DNA of 63,833 nt, the filler included, from a bacterium (lineage in GTDB: Bacteria > UBP18 > UBA7526): the NCBI GenBank assembly GCA_030615855.1. It is 5 parts of 5 records of this genome, joined end to end, with 100 filler letters (N's around TTAATTAATTAA, not from the genome) between each part and the next. Parts side by side here need not be neighbours in the genome. Positions count along the whole stretch, not along the records: positions 38,167 to 54,771 come from JAUWYL010000023.1; 4 more parts are not named here. One strand, written 5' to 3'. This document shows positions 38,396-47,401 of the stretch, piece by piece (positions within the stretch are counted from its first letter, which is position 1; the number at the start of each line of letters is the position of its first letter). Position numbers and translations under genes: made by a program. The notes below the pieces were generated by a model, which had not been told where the DNA came from, did not search any database, and saw only the letters and a list, made by a program, of their open reading frames with translations.

Positions 38396-39553
38396 TTAGA
38401 GTTCTACTTTCTTAAGCTCTTTCAAGACAGCTTTGCGAATTTCTTGGACTTTAGGAAGCTTGGTGACCAACCTTCCCTTCCTCATTAATGGTCTGATCAG
38501 TCCTTCAAACCTTCCTCCACAGGAGCATTTGATGAGTCTCTTATTAGCTAAGGTGACCTCCCTCCTCGCACATTTATTACACTGCCAGACCTGTTTCCTA
38601 CCAGATAATTTCCCCCTTTTAGCAAAGGGCTTTCTTTCGATCTCAACGATATCTAAAGAGAAGTCAATTACTCTTGCATTACTTATCGCTGTCCCCACCC
38701 CATAGGCATCGGCACAGGGATTTAGTTTCAGAATCTCTTCCTCATCCATTCCCCCGCTTAAGAATAACTTTACACTCTTAAATCCCCTCTGATCCAACTC
38801 CCACCTCACCTCTTCCAGTAATCTTAAGAAGTCCCCCCTCCTTGACGCCGGGGTATCGAGCCTTACAGCAAAAAGATTTTTTCCTAGGGCTTTAGCCACT
38901 TTTAAGGCCTCGAACTTCTCATCCCCTAAGGTATCGATTAATGATACCCTCTTTATCTCTTTGGGTATTACTTTATCAAAGGCCTTGGTTGCCTTTATTG
39001 TATCCCCCATAATCAGGATCAGGGCATGGGGCATGGTCCCCACTGCTTTCTCACCGATGAGTTCTGCGCTCTTGATTACTGCTACCCCATCACAACCTCC
39101 TAAAAAGGCACTTCTTTCAATCATGGGAGAGATTGCCGGATGCATCCTCCTCGCTCCAAAACTTATCACTGACCTTGCACCTGCCGCCTTTTTGCATCTT
39201 GCAGCCTTGGTCGCTACCCCACTTGCCTGGCAGATCAATCCCAATAAGGAGGTCTCATAGACCGCGAAGCTACTATACTCCCCGCTAACGGTTAAAACCG
39301 GTTCCTCAGGATAGAAGAACGCTCCTTCAGGTACAGAATCAATACTTACTGGCTTATCTTTAAATAGTTCCACTACCTCTTCTATTCCAGCCAATATCGC
39401 CCAGGGATAATTAGAAGGGAACTTATGGGCTACCACCTCCATGACTACTCTCTTTTTAATCCTTTTCTTCTTTAGAATCTCCTCTGTCCTCTTAAAATAG
39501 ACATCAGTGACCTTCCCTTCCTTTATCTCCTTCTCACTTGCAACATGGAACAT
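38396..39553 (-). CDS. pncB: Nicotinate phosphoribosyltransferase
   Basis: TDVYF, FGARRMHP, GTMPH, VRLDTP, SGG, GVGT. Confidence 0.92.
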   Translation of the reverse strand: MFHVASEKEIKEGKVTDVYFKRTEEILKKKRIKKRVVMEVVAHKFPSNYPWAILAGIEEVVELFKDKPVSIDSVPEGAFFYPEEPVLTVSGEYSSFAVYETSLLGLICQASGVATKAARCKKAAGARSVISFGARRMHPAISPMIERSAFLGGCDGVAVIKSAELIGEKAVGTMPHALILIMGDTIKATKAFDKVIPKEIKRVSLIDTLGDEKFEALKVAKALGKNLFAVRLDTPASRRGDFLRLLEEVRWELDQRGFKSVKLFLSGGMDEEEILKLNPCADAYGVGTAISNARVIDFSLDIVEIERKPFAKRGKLSGRKQVWQCNKCARREVTLANKRLIKCSCGGRFEGLIRPLMRKGRLVTKLPKVQEIRKAVLKELKKVEL

Positions 39554-39569
39554 TTTCTGCTCCTTTGAT

Positions 39570-40088
39570 TTAGATTATTTTTGCTTTAAGGATATTTGCC
39601 ATCTGGTTGAGGGCGAATCTGCCATCCTCTTCACTCAGGGCAGCAATGCTATCCTTAGGAATGGTAACTTGATAGCCTCTCATCACTGCATCTGCTGTAG
39701 TATAGAGAACGCAGATATTGGTAACCAGTCCAGTTATGATTAGTTCCTTTACTCCTAATTTTTTTAAAGTGTTATCCAGGTCTGTTTCGAAGAAGCCTGA
39801 ATAGCGCTTCTTTCTAATTATATAATCTTTCTCTTCTGGTTTCAACTCTTTAATTATCTCTGCCCCTTTGGTCCCTGAGATAGCATGAGGAGGCCAGACC
39901 TTGAACTCCTCATCATCTCTGTCGTGACTATCGCAGATATAGATGATAGGAATTCCTTCTCTTCTCGCTTCTTCTATCCTCTTCTTTAAAGTAGGTGTAA
40001 TCTCCCTTCCTTTAGGAACCTCTAATGGCGCTCCTTCAAGAAGGAAATCATTAAGTATATCAATTACAAGCAAGGCCTTTTTAGGCAT
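39570..40088 (-). CDS. pncA: Nicotinamidase/isochorismatase-family cysteine hydrolase
   Basis: LLVID.LNDF, DSH, WPPH, KKRYSGF, TNICV; adjacent to pncB. Confidence 0.82.
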   Translation of the reverse strand: MPKKALLVIDILNDFLLEGAPLEVPKGREITPTLKKRIEEARREGIPIIYICDSHDRDDEEFKVWPPHAISGTKGAEIIKELKPEEKDYIIRKKRYSGFFETDLDNTLKKLGVKELIITGLVTNICVLYTTADAVMRGYQVTIPKDSIAALSEEDGRFALNQMANILKAKII

Positions 40089-40107
40089 GGTAATACCCCC
40101 TAATTGC

Positions 40108-40227
40108 TCGTTTACGGTTGAGCGGTGCGTTTTACTTGCCCCGCTGGTAAATAGCTACTACTTAATTTGCCCGTCCCAACTCTGTCGGGACTGTTTACCG
40201 TTAACCGTACACCGTAAACTGTTAACC
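40108..40227. repeat. GTTTACGG/CCGTAAAC repeat with nested GTCCC..GGGAC hairpin, copy 1
   Basis: 3' part nearly identical to 41234-41306; the copies flank one gene. Confidence 0.8.
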
Positions 40228-40231
40228 TCTT

Positions 40232-41212
40232 TTAGATTCGTTTGATTCCCAACTCAGTAGCATCGACTGGGGTTACGATTATAGATTTAATCGCTCCATC
40301 TGGCAATCTTCTATAACCTACCTTTACCTTAGGGAATTCCTTTCCATCGCTATATCGTGCACAGAGAGAAGCAGCCTCTTCTAAAGTCTCCGCATCCAAA
40401 TTTCCCCGAACAATGGCCAAGGGTCCCTTGTGACCTATCACATTGAAAGAGGTATCGCCTTCCTTAGCAAGAGACTTAAGCCTCTTATTCTCATCTTTAT
40501 TCCTTCCGATTATAATCTTTGATTCCGCTGAGGACCTGAAGTGCCTTCCCAGTTTAAGAAGTAGAATATTATCTAAGGTATATTCGTTATGCTTTAAGAG
40601 GTCTTTTAGACGCTTGGAAAAGATAGCGTCTGTTAAAAGGCAACCACCTGCTGGAGTGCTATACCTTCTTAAATTATATCTCTTAGCTAATCCCAGTTGG
40701 GGCTTCCTGCTCTTTCCAGAAAGGGCCAATAATTTCTCTCTATTAATCGATCCTCTTTTTTCTGGATCTGTAATTGGCAGGAGTTTTGCAGAAAGGGGTC
40801 TTAAGAGCTTTTCCTGGATATTTGCTCTCTTCGCTATGGCTTCCAGGATTTGCTTATTCTGGGATCTCGGCCTCTGTCCCACCACCTCTCCTGTAATGAT
40901 GAAGGAGGCCTTTACTTCTTCCGTTAGCTCCTTTGCCTTCTTGACCATCAGGATGTGGCAGTCGATGCAGGGGTTCATATTCTTTCCATAGCCATACCTG
41001 GGATTTTTAACAATCTCTAATATCTCGCTTGATACATCTCTGATGTAGAGTTTGATTCCCAGTTCTTCTGCTGCCTCTTTAGCATTCTCTGGGCCAAAGA
41101 ATGGAGAAGTAAAGCTTACTCCCTCAACCTCAATCCCCTGCTCCTGAATTAGCTTAACCGCTAAAGAACTATCCAGACCCCCAGATAATAAGGCCAGGGC
41201 CTTCACTGCCAT
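40232..41212 (-). CDS. PP-loop tRNA thiolase-like protein (ThiI/MnmA-related, DUF814-like C-terminus)
   Basis: LSGGLDS, NPCIDC, TGEVVGQRPRSQ, LRPLSA, PAGGC, GRHFR. Confidence 0.85.
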   Translation of the reverse strand: MAVKALALLSGGLDSSLAVKLIQEQGIEVEGVSFTSPFFGPENAKEAAEELGIKLYIRDVSSEILEIVKNPRYGYGKNMNPCIDCHILMVKKAKELTEEVKASFIITGEVVGQRPRSQNKQILEAIAKRANIQEKLLRPLSAKLLPITDPEKRGSINREKLLALSGKSRKPQLGLAKRYNLRRYSTPAGGCLLTDAIFSKRLKDLLKHNEYTLDNILLLKLGRHFRSSAESKIIIGRNKDENKRLKSLAKEGDTSFNVIGHKGPLAIVRGNLDAETLEEAASLCARYSDGKEFPKVKVGYRRLPDGAIKSIIVTPVDATELGIKRI

Positions 41213-41233
41213 ACTAAAATCCTTATTAGAAGT

Positions 41234-41306
41234 TCGTTTACGGTTGACCCGTCCCGACATTCGTCGGGACTGTTTACCGTTAACCGTACACCGTAAACTG
41301 TTAACC
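41234..41306. repeat. GTTTACGG/CCGTAAAC repeat, copy 2
   Basis: Matches 40108-40227. Confidence 0.8.
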
Positions 41307-41311
41307 CCATA

Positions 41312-42340
41312 TTAGCAGATCCAGCCCCCACCGAGGACAATATCCTTATCATAGAAAACTACTGCTTGTCCGGGAGTAATCGCCCTCTGGGGTTTCTTAA
41401 ACTTTACCCTTGCTCTATTTTTAGATGGGGGGGTGACTGTCGCTTCTGCCTCTCTATGCTGATACCTTATCTTTGCTCTTACCTTTATGGGCTTCTTCAA
41501 TCTGTCAATAGCGACCCAGTTAACATCCCTTGCTATTAGTTCATCCCTGAGTATTTCTTCCTCACTTCCCACAACAATGACATCTCTACCGCTATCAATG
41601 GCTATAATGTATAGAGGCTTGCCAGTGGCGATCCCCAGTCCCCTCCTCTGACCAATGGTATAGAAGGCGATCCCCTTATGTTTTCCCAAAACCTTCCCTT
41701 CTCTATCGACAATCAACCCTTCCTTCAAACTATCCGTGCCTATCCGTGTCCTTAAAAATCCGTGATAATCCGTGTTTGGAACGAAGCATATCTCCTGACT
41801 GGATGGTCTATTATGAATCCCCAGTTCCTTTGCCTTCTCTTTAACCTCTTCTTTAGTGAAGTTCGCTAAAGGAAATAGAGTATGCTTAAGTTGCCTTTGA
41901 TCCAGACCGCACAGGACATAGGACTGGTCCTTCTTCTTGTCTTTTCCCTTCTTCAATAGATATCTCTTTCTTTTCTTATCATAGACTACTTTGGCATAGT
42001 GGCCGGTAGCGATATAATCTGCTCTTAGTTCCCTTGCTTTCTTCAGGAGAGCCTTAAACTTTATCTTCTTATTACAGACAATACAGGGATTGGGGGTACG
42101 GCCTTTAGAATATTCTCCTATAAAGTAGTCGATCACCTTCTTCTCAAACTCTTTCTTGAAATTAAGAAAGTAGAAGGGGATGTCTAATTTAGAGGCCATG
42201 CTTCTGGCAGACTCTTCTGTATTTAGATCACAGCCCAGATTGAGATGGATGCCAACAACCTCATATCTCTCCTTTAAGAGAGAAGCGGCCACAGAGGAGT
42301 CTATTCCCCCGCTCATCCCAACCACTACTTTTTTCTTCAT
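41312..42340 (-). CDS. mnmA: tRNA 2-thiouridylase MnmA
   Basis: MSGGIDS, TPNPCIVCN, ATGHYA, KDQSY, SQEICF, TIGQRRG, TPGQ. Confidence 0.96.
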   Translation of the reverse strand: MKKKVVVGMSGGIDSSVAASLLKERYEVVGIHLNLGCDLNTEESARSMASKLDIPFYFLNFKKEFEKKVIDYFIGEYSKGRTPNPCIVCNKKIKFKALLKKARELRADYIATGHYAKVVYDKKRKRYLLKKGKDKKKDQSYVLCGLDQRQLKHTLFPLANFTKEEVKEKAKELGIHNRPSSQEICFVPNTDYHGFLRTRIGTDSLKEGLIVDREGKVLGKHKGIAFYTIGQRRGLGIATGKPLYIIAIDSGRDVIVVGSEEEILRDELIARDVNWVAIDRLKKPIKVRAKIRYQHREAEATVTPPSKNRARVKFKKPQRAITPGQAVVFYDKDIVLGGGWIC

Positions 42341-43542
42341 TTCTTCATTTGCGATAATTCGCGTTTTTTATTCGCGTCCATTCGCGTCTTCCAGACCCCG
42401 GGAATTCTCGCTCCGCAGTACTTACACCTTCCCTCTATCTCGCCCCCAGTAAAAGTATAGGAGAGATTATTCCTCAAGACATGGAATCCCACCCTCTGAA
42501 TGAGTAGTTTTCTACACCTGGAACAGTAGGTATTCTCTCCTCCATGCCCCGGGACATTCCCGATATAGACATACTTCAGACCCTCCTCCCGGGCAATCCT
42601 CTTCGCCATCTCTAAGGTCTTGACCGGTGTGGGGGATAGGTTCCTCATCTTATACTGGGGCCAGAAACGAGAGAAATGGATAGGAACTTCTTTTCCTAAA
42701 TTCTCAACAATCCACTTACACATTCTTCTTATCTCTTCTAGGCTATCATTCTTTGTGGGGATAATGAGATTGGTAATCTCGGTATGAATCCCTTCTTCCT
42801 TTAGAATCTTCAGGGTATGCAGCACTGGTTCTAAATGGGTATCGGTAAGCTCCTGATAGAATTCATCAGTAAACCCCTTTAAATCGATATTTGCAGCGTC
42901 CAGATATCTGCAGATTTCTCTTAAAGGTTCTTCATTGATATAGCCTGCGGAGTGCATGACATTCATGATCCCAGATTCCTTAGCCAACTTTGCCGTTTCC
43001 AACATGTATTCATAAAAGATAGTCGGCTCAGTATAGGTATAGGCAATGGAAGGGCAGCCACTCCTTTTTGCCATCTTCACTACATCCTTAGGGGGAAGAT
43101 AGTAGTTATCCGTCTCCTCTGGAGGATACTGGGAGATGGTCCAGTTCTGGCAGAACTTACACTTCAGGTTGCATCCTGCGGTAGCGATGGAGAAGGATTT
43201 TGTTCCCGGAAGAACATGGAACAAGGGTTTCTTTTCAATGGGATCGGCATGGACGGCACAGGGAAAGTCACAGACCATGGTATAGAGCCTGCCATTTCGA
43301 TTCTCCCGCACCTTACACTCTCCTCTCTCTCCAGAACGAAGGACGCACCCCCTGGGACAGAGCTCACATTGTACCACACCCTTACCTAAGGACCTCCAGT
43401 ACATGGCGAGACGGGGAGTGATCTCCTTTGCCCTTGGTGTTGCTCCGGTCCTGGGAATCTCACTTTGGGCATTTTTAATCCCCAAGCTTGAGAGAGTCCC
43501 TAAAAGGCCAACAATAAGAAGTAAGATTAAAGTTTTTTTCAT
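42337..43542 (-). CDS. amrS: AmmeMemoRadiSam-system radical SAM enzyme with N-terminal hydrophobic leader
   Basis: CELCPRGC, DPIEKKPLFH, GCNLKCKFCQNW, YTYTEP, YIGNV. Confidence 0.88.
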   Translation of the reverse strand: MKKTLILLLIVGLLGTLSSLGIKNAQSEIPRTGATPRAKEITPRLAMYWRSLGKGVVQCELCPRGCVLRSGERGECKVRENRNGRLYTMVCDFPCAVHADPIEKKPLFHVLPGTKSFSIATAGCNLKCKFCQNWTISQYPPEETDNYYLPPKDVVKMAKRSGCPSIAYTYTEPTIFYEYMLETAKLAKESGIMNVMHSAGYINEEPLREICRYLDAANIDLKGFTDEFYQELTDTHLEPVLHTLKILKEEGIHTEITNLIIPTKNDSLEEIRRMCKWIVENLGKEVPIHFSRFWPQYKMRNLSPTPVKTLEMAKRIAREEGLKYVYIGNVPGHGGENTYCSRCRKLLIQRVGFHVLRNNLSYTFTGGEIEGRCKYCGARIPGVWKTRMDANKKRELSQMKK

Positions 43543-43543
43543 T

Positions 43544-44197
43544 TTATGTCCTAATAACTCCTAAAATTAAGCGGATGCCAAAATAGATTAAGAAGCAACC
43601 ACAGAGACGGCTTGCTACCTGATGGAGAATCGGTTTTAAGGATAGGAGCTTTCCCAAGCTTCCGGCAACTAAAGCAAGGATAATTAAAGGAGAGATGACC
43701 GTCCCTAGGCCAAAGGAGAGACCCCAGAAGGCGCCAACAAAGGGCCCCTCTGCCAGTCCAGCAATAGTAGTCAAAGCACCGAGTAATGGTAAACAGGGTG
43801 AGACGCCGATTAAGATACCGAGTAAAATCATGCTCTTTGTGCTTCTCTCAATCGTCTCTCTATGGAGAATGCGACAGAAAGGAAATCTTACCTTGCCAAG
43901 CATCATGATTATTCCTAAGAGAAGGACAAATATTCCAGCCCCTAAGTATTTCACGAGATTAAACTTTGGAGAAGATATTACCTCTGTTGAGAAATAACCG
44001 ATGCTACTTGCTAGTAAGCCTAAGAGTCCATATATCACTACTCGAGAGGCAGAAAAGATTAGAATATCCTTCAATCCCCCAAGCCAGCTTCTTTTACTCC
44101 CCGCGATATAGGGGAGAAGGATGGGGGCACAGAAGGCGAGGCAGGGTCCAACGCCCATAGTGAGGCCGGTAATGAACAAGGCAGTATGCTCTTCCAT
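43544..44197 (-). CDS. TauE/SafE or DsbD_2-like membrane protein
   Basis: GPCLAFC, SPCLP, FGLGT; 6 TM segments. Confidence 0.78.
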   Translation of the reverse strand: MEEHTALFITGLTMGVGPCLAFCAPILLPYIAGSKRSWLGGLKDILIFSASRVVIYGLLGLLASSIGYFSTEVISSPKFNLVKYLGAGIFVLLLGIIMMLGKVRFPFCRILHRETIERSTKSMILLGILIGVSPCLPLLGALTTIAGLAEGPFVGAFWGLSFGLGTVISPLIILALVAGSLGKLLSLKPILHQVASRLCGCFLIYFGIRLILGVIRT

Positions 44198-45162
44198 TAA
44201 ACCTCGAGCATTCTATCTAGACTCTTCTTTGCTCTTTTGCGCACCTCTTCTGGAATTTCGATCTTATATCTCATCTTTTCTAAGGATTCTGCAACCTCTT
44301 TTAAGGTAATGAGTTTCATACTGGAGCAGATAAGGTTCTCACTTGGCACATAGAAATTCTTACCTGGATTCTCCTTCTTCAACCTGTGAACCACCCCCAT
44401 CTCTGTGCCGATGATGAACTCCTTCGCTTCACTCTTTTTAGCATACTCCAGCATCCCATTCGTCGAGAAGGCCTCATCTGCTAAGTCGATTACTGATAGG
44501 CGGCATTCGGGATGGACGAGCACCTTTGCCTGGGGATGTTCTTTTTTGGCTTTCAATATATCCTTGGGTAATAGGTTATAGTGTGCCGGGCAGAAACCCC
44601 TCCATAAAATGAAATCCTTATCCGTCTTGCTCTCCAGGTATCTTCCCAGATGCTCATCGGGAACGAATAAAATTCTATTCTCTTTTAATGAATTTACTAC
44701 CCCAATTCCATTGGCTGAGGTACAGCAGATGTCCGACTCTGCCTTCACCTCAGCACTAGAATTGACATAGCAGACGATTACTGCCTTAGGATTCTCCTTC
44801 TTTTTTTTGCGCAGTTCCTGGACAGTTATCATGTCTGCCAATTGACAGCCAGCCTCTTTAACCGGTAAGAGAACCGTCTTCTCTGGAGAGAGGATAGCCG
44901 CCGATTCCGCCATGAATTGCACCCCACAGAAGACGACGACTTTAGCATCTGAGGCCTGAGCCTTCTTGGAAAGGTCCAAGGAATCACCCACCAGATCCGC
45001 TAAGTCTTGGATCTCTGGCCTCTGATAGTTATGGGCTAAGATGATGGCCTTCCTCTTCCTCTTTAACTCCTTTATCTTCTCTATGTATTGAGTATCAATA
45101 GACGAGGCAAGCGATAGCGCGTCGTCATAATATTCATCGTCTTTGATATCCCCACTATTCAT
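44197..45162 (-). CDS. nadA: Quinolinate synthase
   Basis: LAHNYQ, FCGVQFMAE, YVNS, HPEC, C..MK. Confidence 0.96.
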   Translation of the reverse strand: MNSGDIKDDEYYDDALSLASSIDTQYIEKIKELKRKRKAIILAHNYQRPEIQDLADLVGDSLDLSKKAQASDAKVVVFCGVQFMAESAAILSPEKTVLLPVKEAGCQLADMITVQELRKKKKENPKAVIVCYVNSSAEVKAESDICCTSANGIGVVNSLKENRILFVPDEHLGRYLESKTDKDFILWRGFCPAHYNLLPKDILKAKKEHPQAKVLVHPECRLSVIDLADEAFSTNGMLEYAKKSEAKEFIIGTEMGVVHRLKKENPGKNFYVPSENLICSSMKLITLKEVAESLEKMRYKIEIPEEVRKRAKKSLDRMLEV

Positions 45163-45192
45163 TAGTCCTCCTTTGTTCATGATAATTTGCGT

Positions 45193-45681
45193 CTATTCGT
45201 GTCCTTGTTTTTCTTTGCGTCTTTCATTTTCCTTTTGCGGTTTTGCAGTTGTAATTCGTGTATATTCGCGTTTCCGCGTTTGCAATAGGTCATCTAGGGT
45301 ATTAGAATCCAAGAACTGGGTGATTCTCTCTCCCAATCTCTTCCACAATAAACGAGGAATACAGACATCTATCCTATGGCATTTGGGTTTCTTCTTGGGC
45401 TCGATACAGGAGATAGGAGCCAGGGACTCCTCAACCGCCCTTATAATGTCAGAGATCCTGATCTCTTTCGGCCTCTTTCTGAGCAGGTATCCTCCTCCTG
45501 GACCGCGCACGCTTTCCACCAGGCCGGCTTTCCTTAATTTCAAGAAGAGCTGCTCAAGATAGTTCAGAGAGATCTCCTCCCTCTCCGAGATCTGCTTCAG
45601 AGGAACCGGGCCATTCTGAGAATAGGAAGCGAGATCGAACATAGCTCTTACCCCATACTGTCCCTTCGTTGAAAGACGCAT
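45193..45681 (-). CDS. Rrf2-family regulator, IscR-like with three Cys
   Basis: MRLSTKGQY, YLEQLF, SVRGPGGGY, C..C..C. Confidence 0.92.
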   Translation of the reverse strand: MRLSTKGQYGVRAMFDLASYSQNGPVPLKQISEREEISLNYLEQLFLKLRKAGLVESVRGPGGGYLLRKRPKEIRISDIIRAVEESLAPISCIEPKKKPKCHRIDVCIPRLLWKRLGERITQFLDSNTLDDLLQTRKREYTRITTAKPQKENERRKEKQGHE

Positions 45682-45789
45682 AACTCCCTCCTCTAAACGC
45701 TGATTTCTTTTATTGCTTACTGTTTTTGCTTATTGGACGCTGATACTCAACGCACTTCGTTTGCCTTGAGATGTTAGCCGCTGATTCAG

Positions 45790-45878
45790 CAGTTCGGAGC
45801 ACGGCCTTCGGCCTTGAGTTCGGTGTTTCCTTTGTCTCCGAACTCTGAACTCTGAACTCCGAACTCCGAACTAAACTA
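45790..45878. repeat. 7-bp GAACTCC periodic element with nested hairpin, copy 1
   Basis: Inverted homologue at 58527-58616. Confidence 0.8.
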
Positions 45879-45900
45879 TCTGCGGTCATCTGCGTTTGCA

Positions 45901-45925
45901 GTGGTTGACTAAATTTGTCAAGTAT
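45901..45925 (-). promoter_or_regulatory. IscR type-1-like operator upstream of the Rrf2 gene
   Basis: ATACTTGACAAATTTAGTCAACCAC, palindromic TTGAC-N7-GTCAA. Confidence 0.65.
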
Positions 45926-45985
45926 TTTTACAAAAAAATAAAAAGTCTCTAAAAAGACGACTTTTCATTCGTGTCTATTCGTGCC

Positions 45986-46402
45986 CTATTCCTTAATCTT
46001 TTTTACCTCGATCTCCTCCTCTTCTGTCTTTACCTTCTCCTTCGGTTCCACCTTTCCCTTCATGTTGCAGTTCCCCTGGAAGATGACCCCTTCTGCGATG
46101 GCCAATATGGGAGTCTGAATATCGCCATATAATTGAGCGGTGGAGAGAAGTTCCAACCTGGTCTCTGCGGTCATGTTTCCCGTCACCTTCCCCCCGATAA
46201 CGATATTGGGGGCCATAATATCTGCCTTTATTATCCCTGTCTCACCAATAATCACGCTATCCCGGGCAAGGATCTTTCCATCCACCTTTCCATCAATCCT
46301 TAAAGTCCCTTCGCACTCTACCGTCCCCTTGAACCGCGAACCATCTCCCAGCAGAGTATTAATCGCTCCTCCCGCAGGAGCAGCCTTCTTCTCTCTAAAC
46401 AT
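45986..46402 (-). CDS. Bactofilin (polymer-forming cytoskeletal protein)
   Basis: LRIDG, VIIGETG, IGG.V.G, IAEG..F.G.C. Confidence 0.93.
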   Translation of the reverse strand: MFREKKAAPAGGAINTLLGDGSRFKGTVECEGTLRIDGKVDGKILARDSVIIGETGIIKADIMAPNIVIGGKVTGNMTAETRLELLSTAQLYGDIQTPILAIAEGVIFQGNCNMKGKVEPKEKVKTEEEEIEVKKIKE

Positions 46403-46404
46403 CC

Positions 46405-47148
46405 CTACCTCCAGTCACTAATATAATCTAAAGGATCTATTTCTTTGTCAAACCTTCCCACCTGGTAGGAGATTCCTCTCCCACCTAAATAGCCGATGGT
46501 CTCACCTTTTTTTACCTTTTTTCCAACCTTGACACTCACTTTTTCTAAATTCTTATATTCTGTCTTGAGATTATTTCCATGATCTATGATTACCTTTCCT
46601 CCAGAAGCACAAAGAATCCTTCCCTCTGCTGTTGCCCGAATCGCACTTCCCGGAAGAGAAGCAATCTCCAATCCTTTAAGAGATTTTGAAATAATCCATC
46701 CCTTCTCAACCGGACTTATGGAGGGGAGGAATGCTTCCTTCATCCTCTCCCCTTCCAATCCCTTCTCCAGTTCAGAGAGGCTCCTCTCCTCTCTTTCCAG
46801 GAACCTTTCTTCCATCAAGACTCGTGGGCTCTCCTGGGCTGGACCACCTGTTGCTACCTCAGTCTCCCGAGAAGAACCGGTCAAGACCTTCAACTTCGCC
46901 TCTAATCCACGAACATCGCTCATGGTCTCTCTAATCTTGGTCACCTCACTGGAAAGCTCTAAGTTGGCTCTCCTTGTCTCAGAGAATGCTCTAAATCTAA
47001 ATAAGAAGAGGCCAGAAAGAATGATTGTCCCTGCGCATAGAAGGATGAGAGAACAAAAGATAGCCAGAGGGATTCTTAGATTATAAGAGTTCCTCTGGCT
47101 ATGAGGAATAAAGATAACGGTTACTAATCTCCTAAATCCTTTTTTCAT
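46405..47148 (-). CDS. M23-family peptidase-like protein, Zn ligands not recognisable
   Basis: TM plus coiled coil, PSISPV, IRATAEG, IIDHGN, VKVGKKVKKGETIG, IDP; start trimmed to MKKG. Confidence 0.8.
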   Translation of the reverse strand: MKKGFRRLVTVIFIPHSQRNSYNLRIPLAIFCSLILLCAGTIILSGLFLFRFRAFSETRRANLELSSEVTKIRETMSDVRGLEAKLKVLTGSSRETEVATGGPAQESPRVLMEERFLEREERSLSELEKGLEGERMKEAFLPSISPVEKGWIISKSLKGLEIASLPGSAIRATAEGRILCASGGKVIIDHGNNLKTEYKNLEKVSVKVGKKVKKGETIGYLGGRGISYQVGRFDKEIDPLDYISDWR

Positions 47149-47170
47149 CAGTTTCTCTCCACAAGTAGCA

Positions 47171-47233
47171 AAATAAGAACCTGACTCCGTCAGAACCTTG
47201 TTTTGCTTATTCAAGTTCCGATGCTTCAAAATA
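47171..47233 (-). repeat. 63-bp structured dispersed element, copy 2
   Basis: 57/63 identical to 16693-16755. Confidence 0.85.
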
Positions 47234-47401
47234 ACACAGGATAGATGGCTTTGTCAAGCATTTTTTGAAACACGGATCTACACGGATAGGAACACGCCTG
47301 CCTGTCGACAGACAGAGATAGGCACGAATTTATCTGTGATCATCCGACCACGACAGCTGTCGTGGTGCCCGAAATCTGTGGTAATCCGTGCATAAAGAGG
47401 T

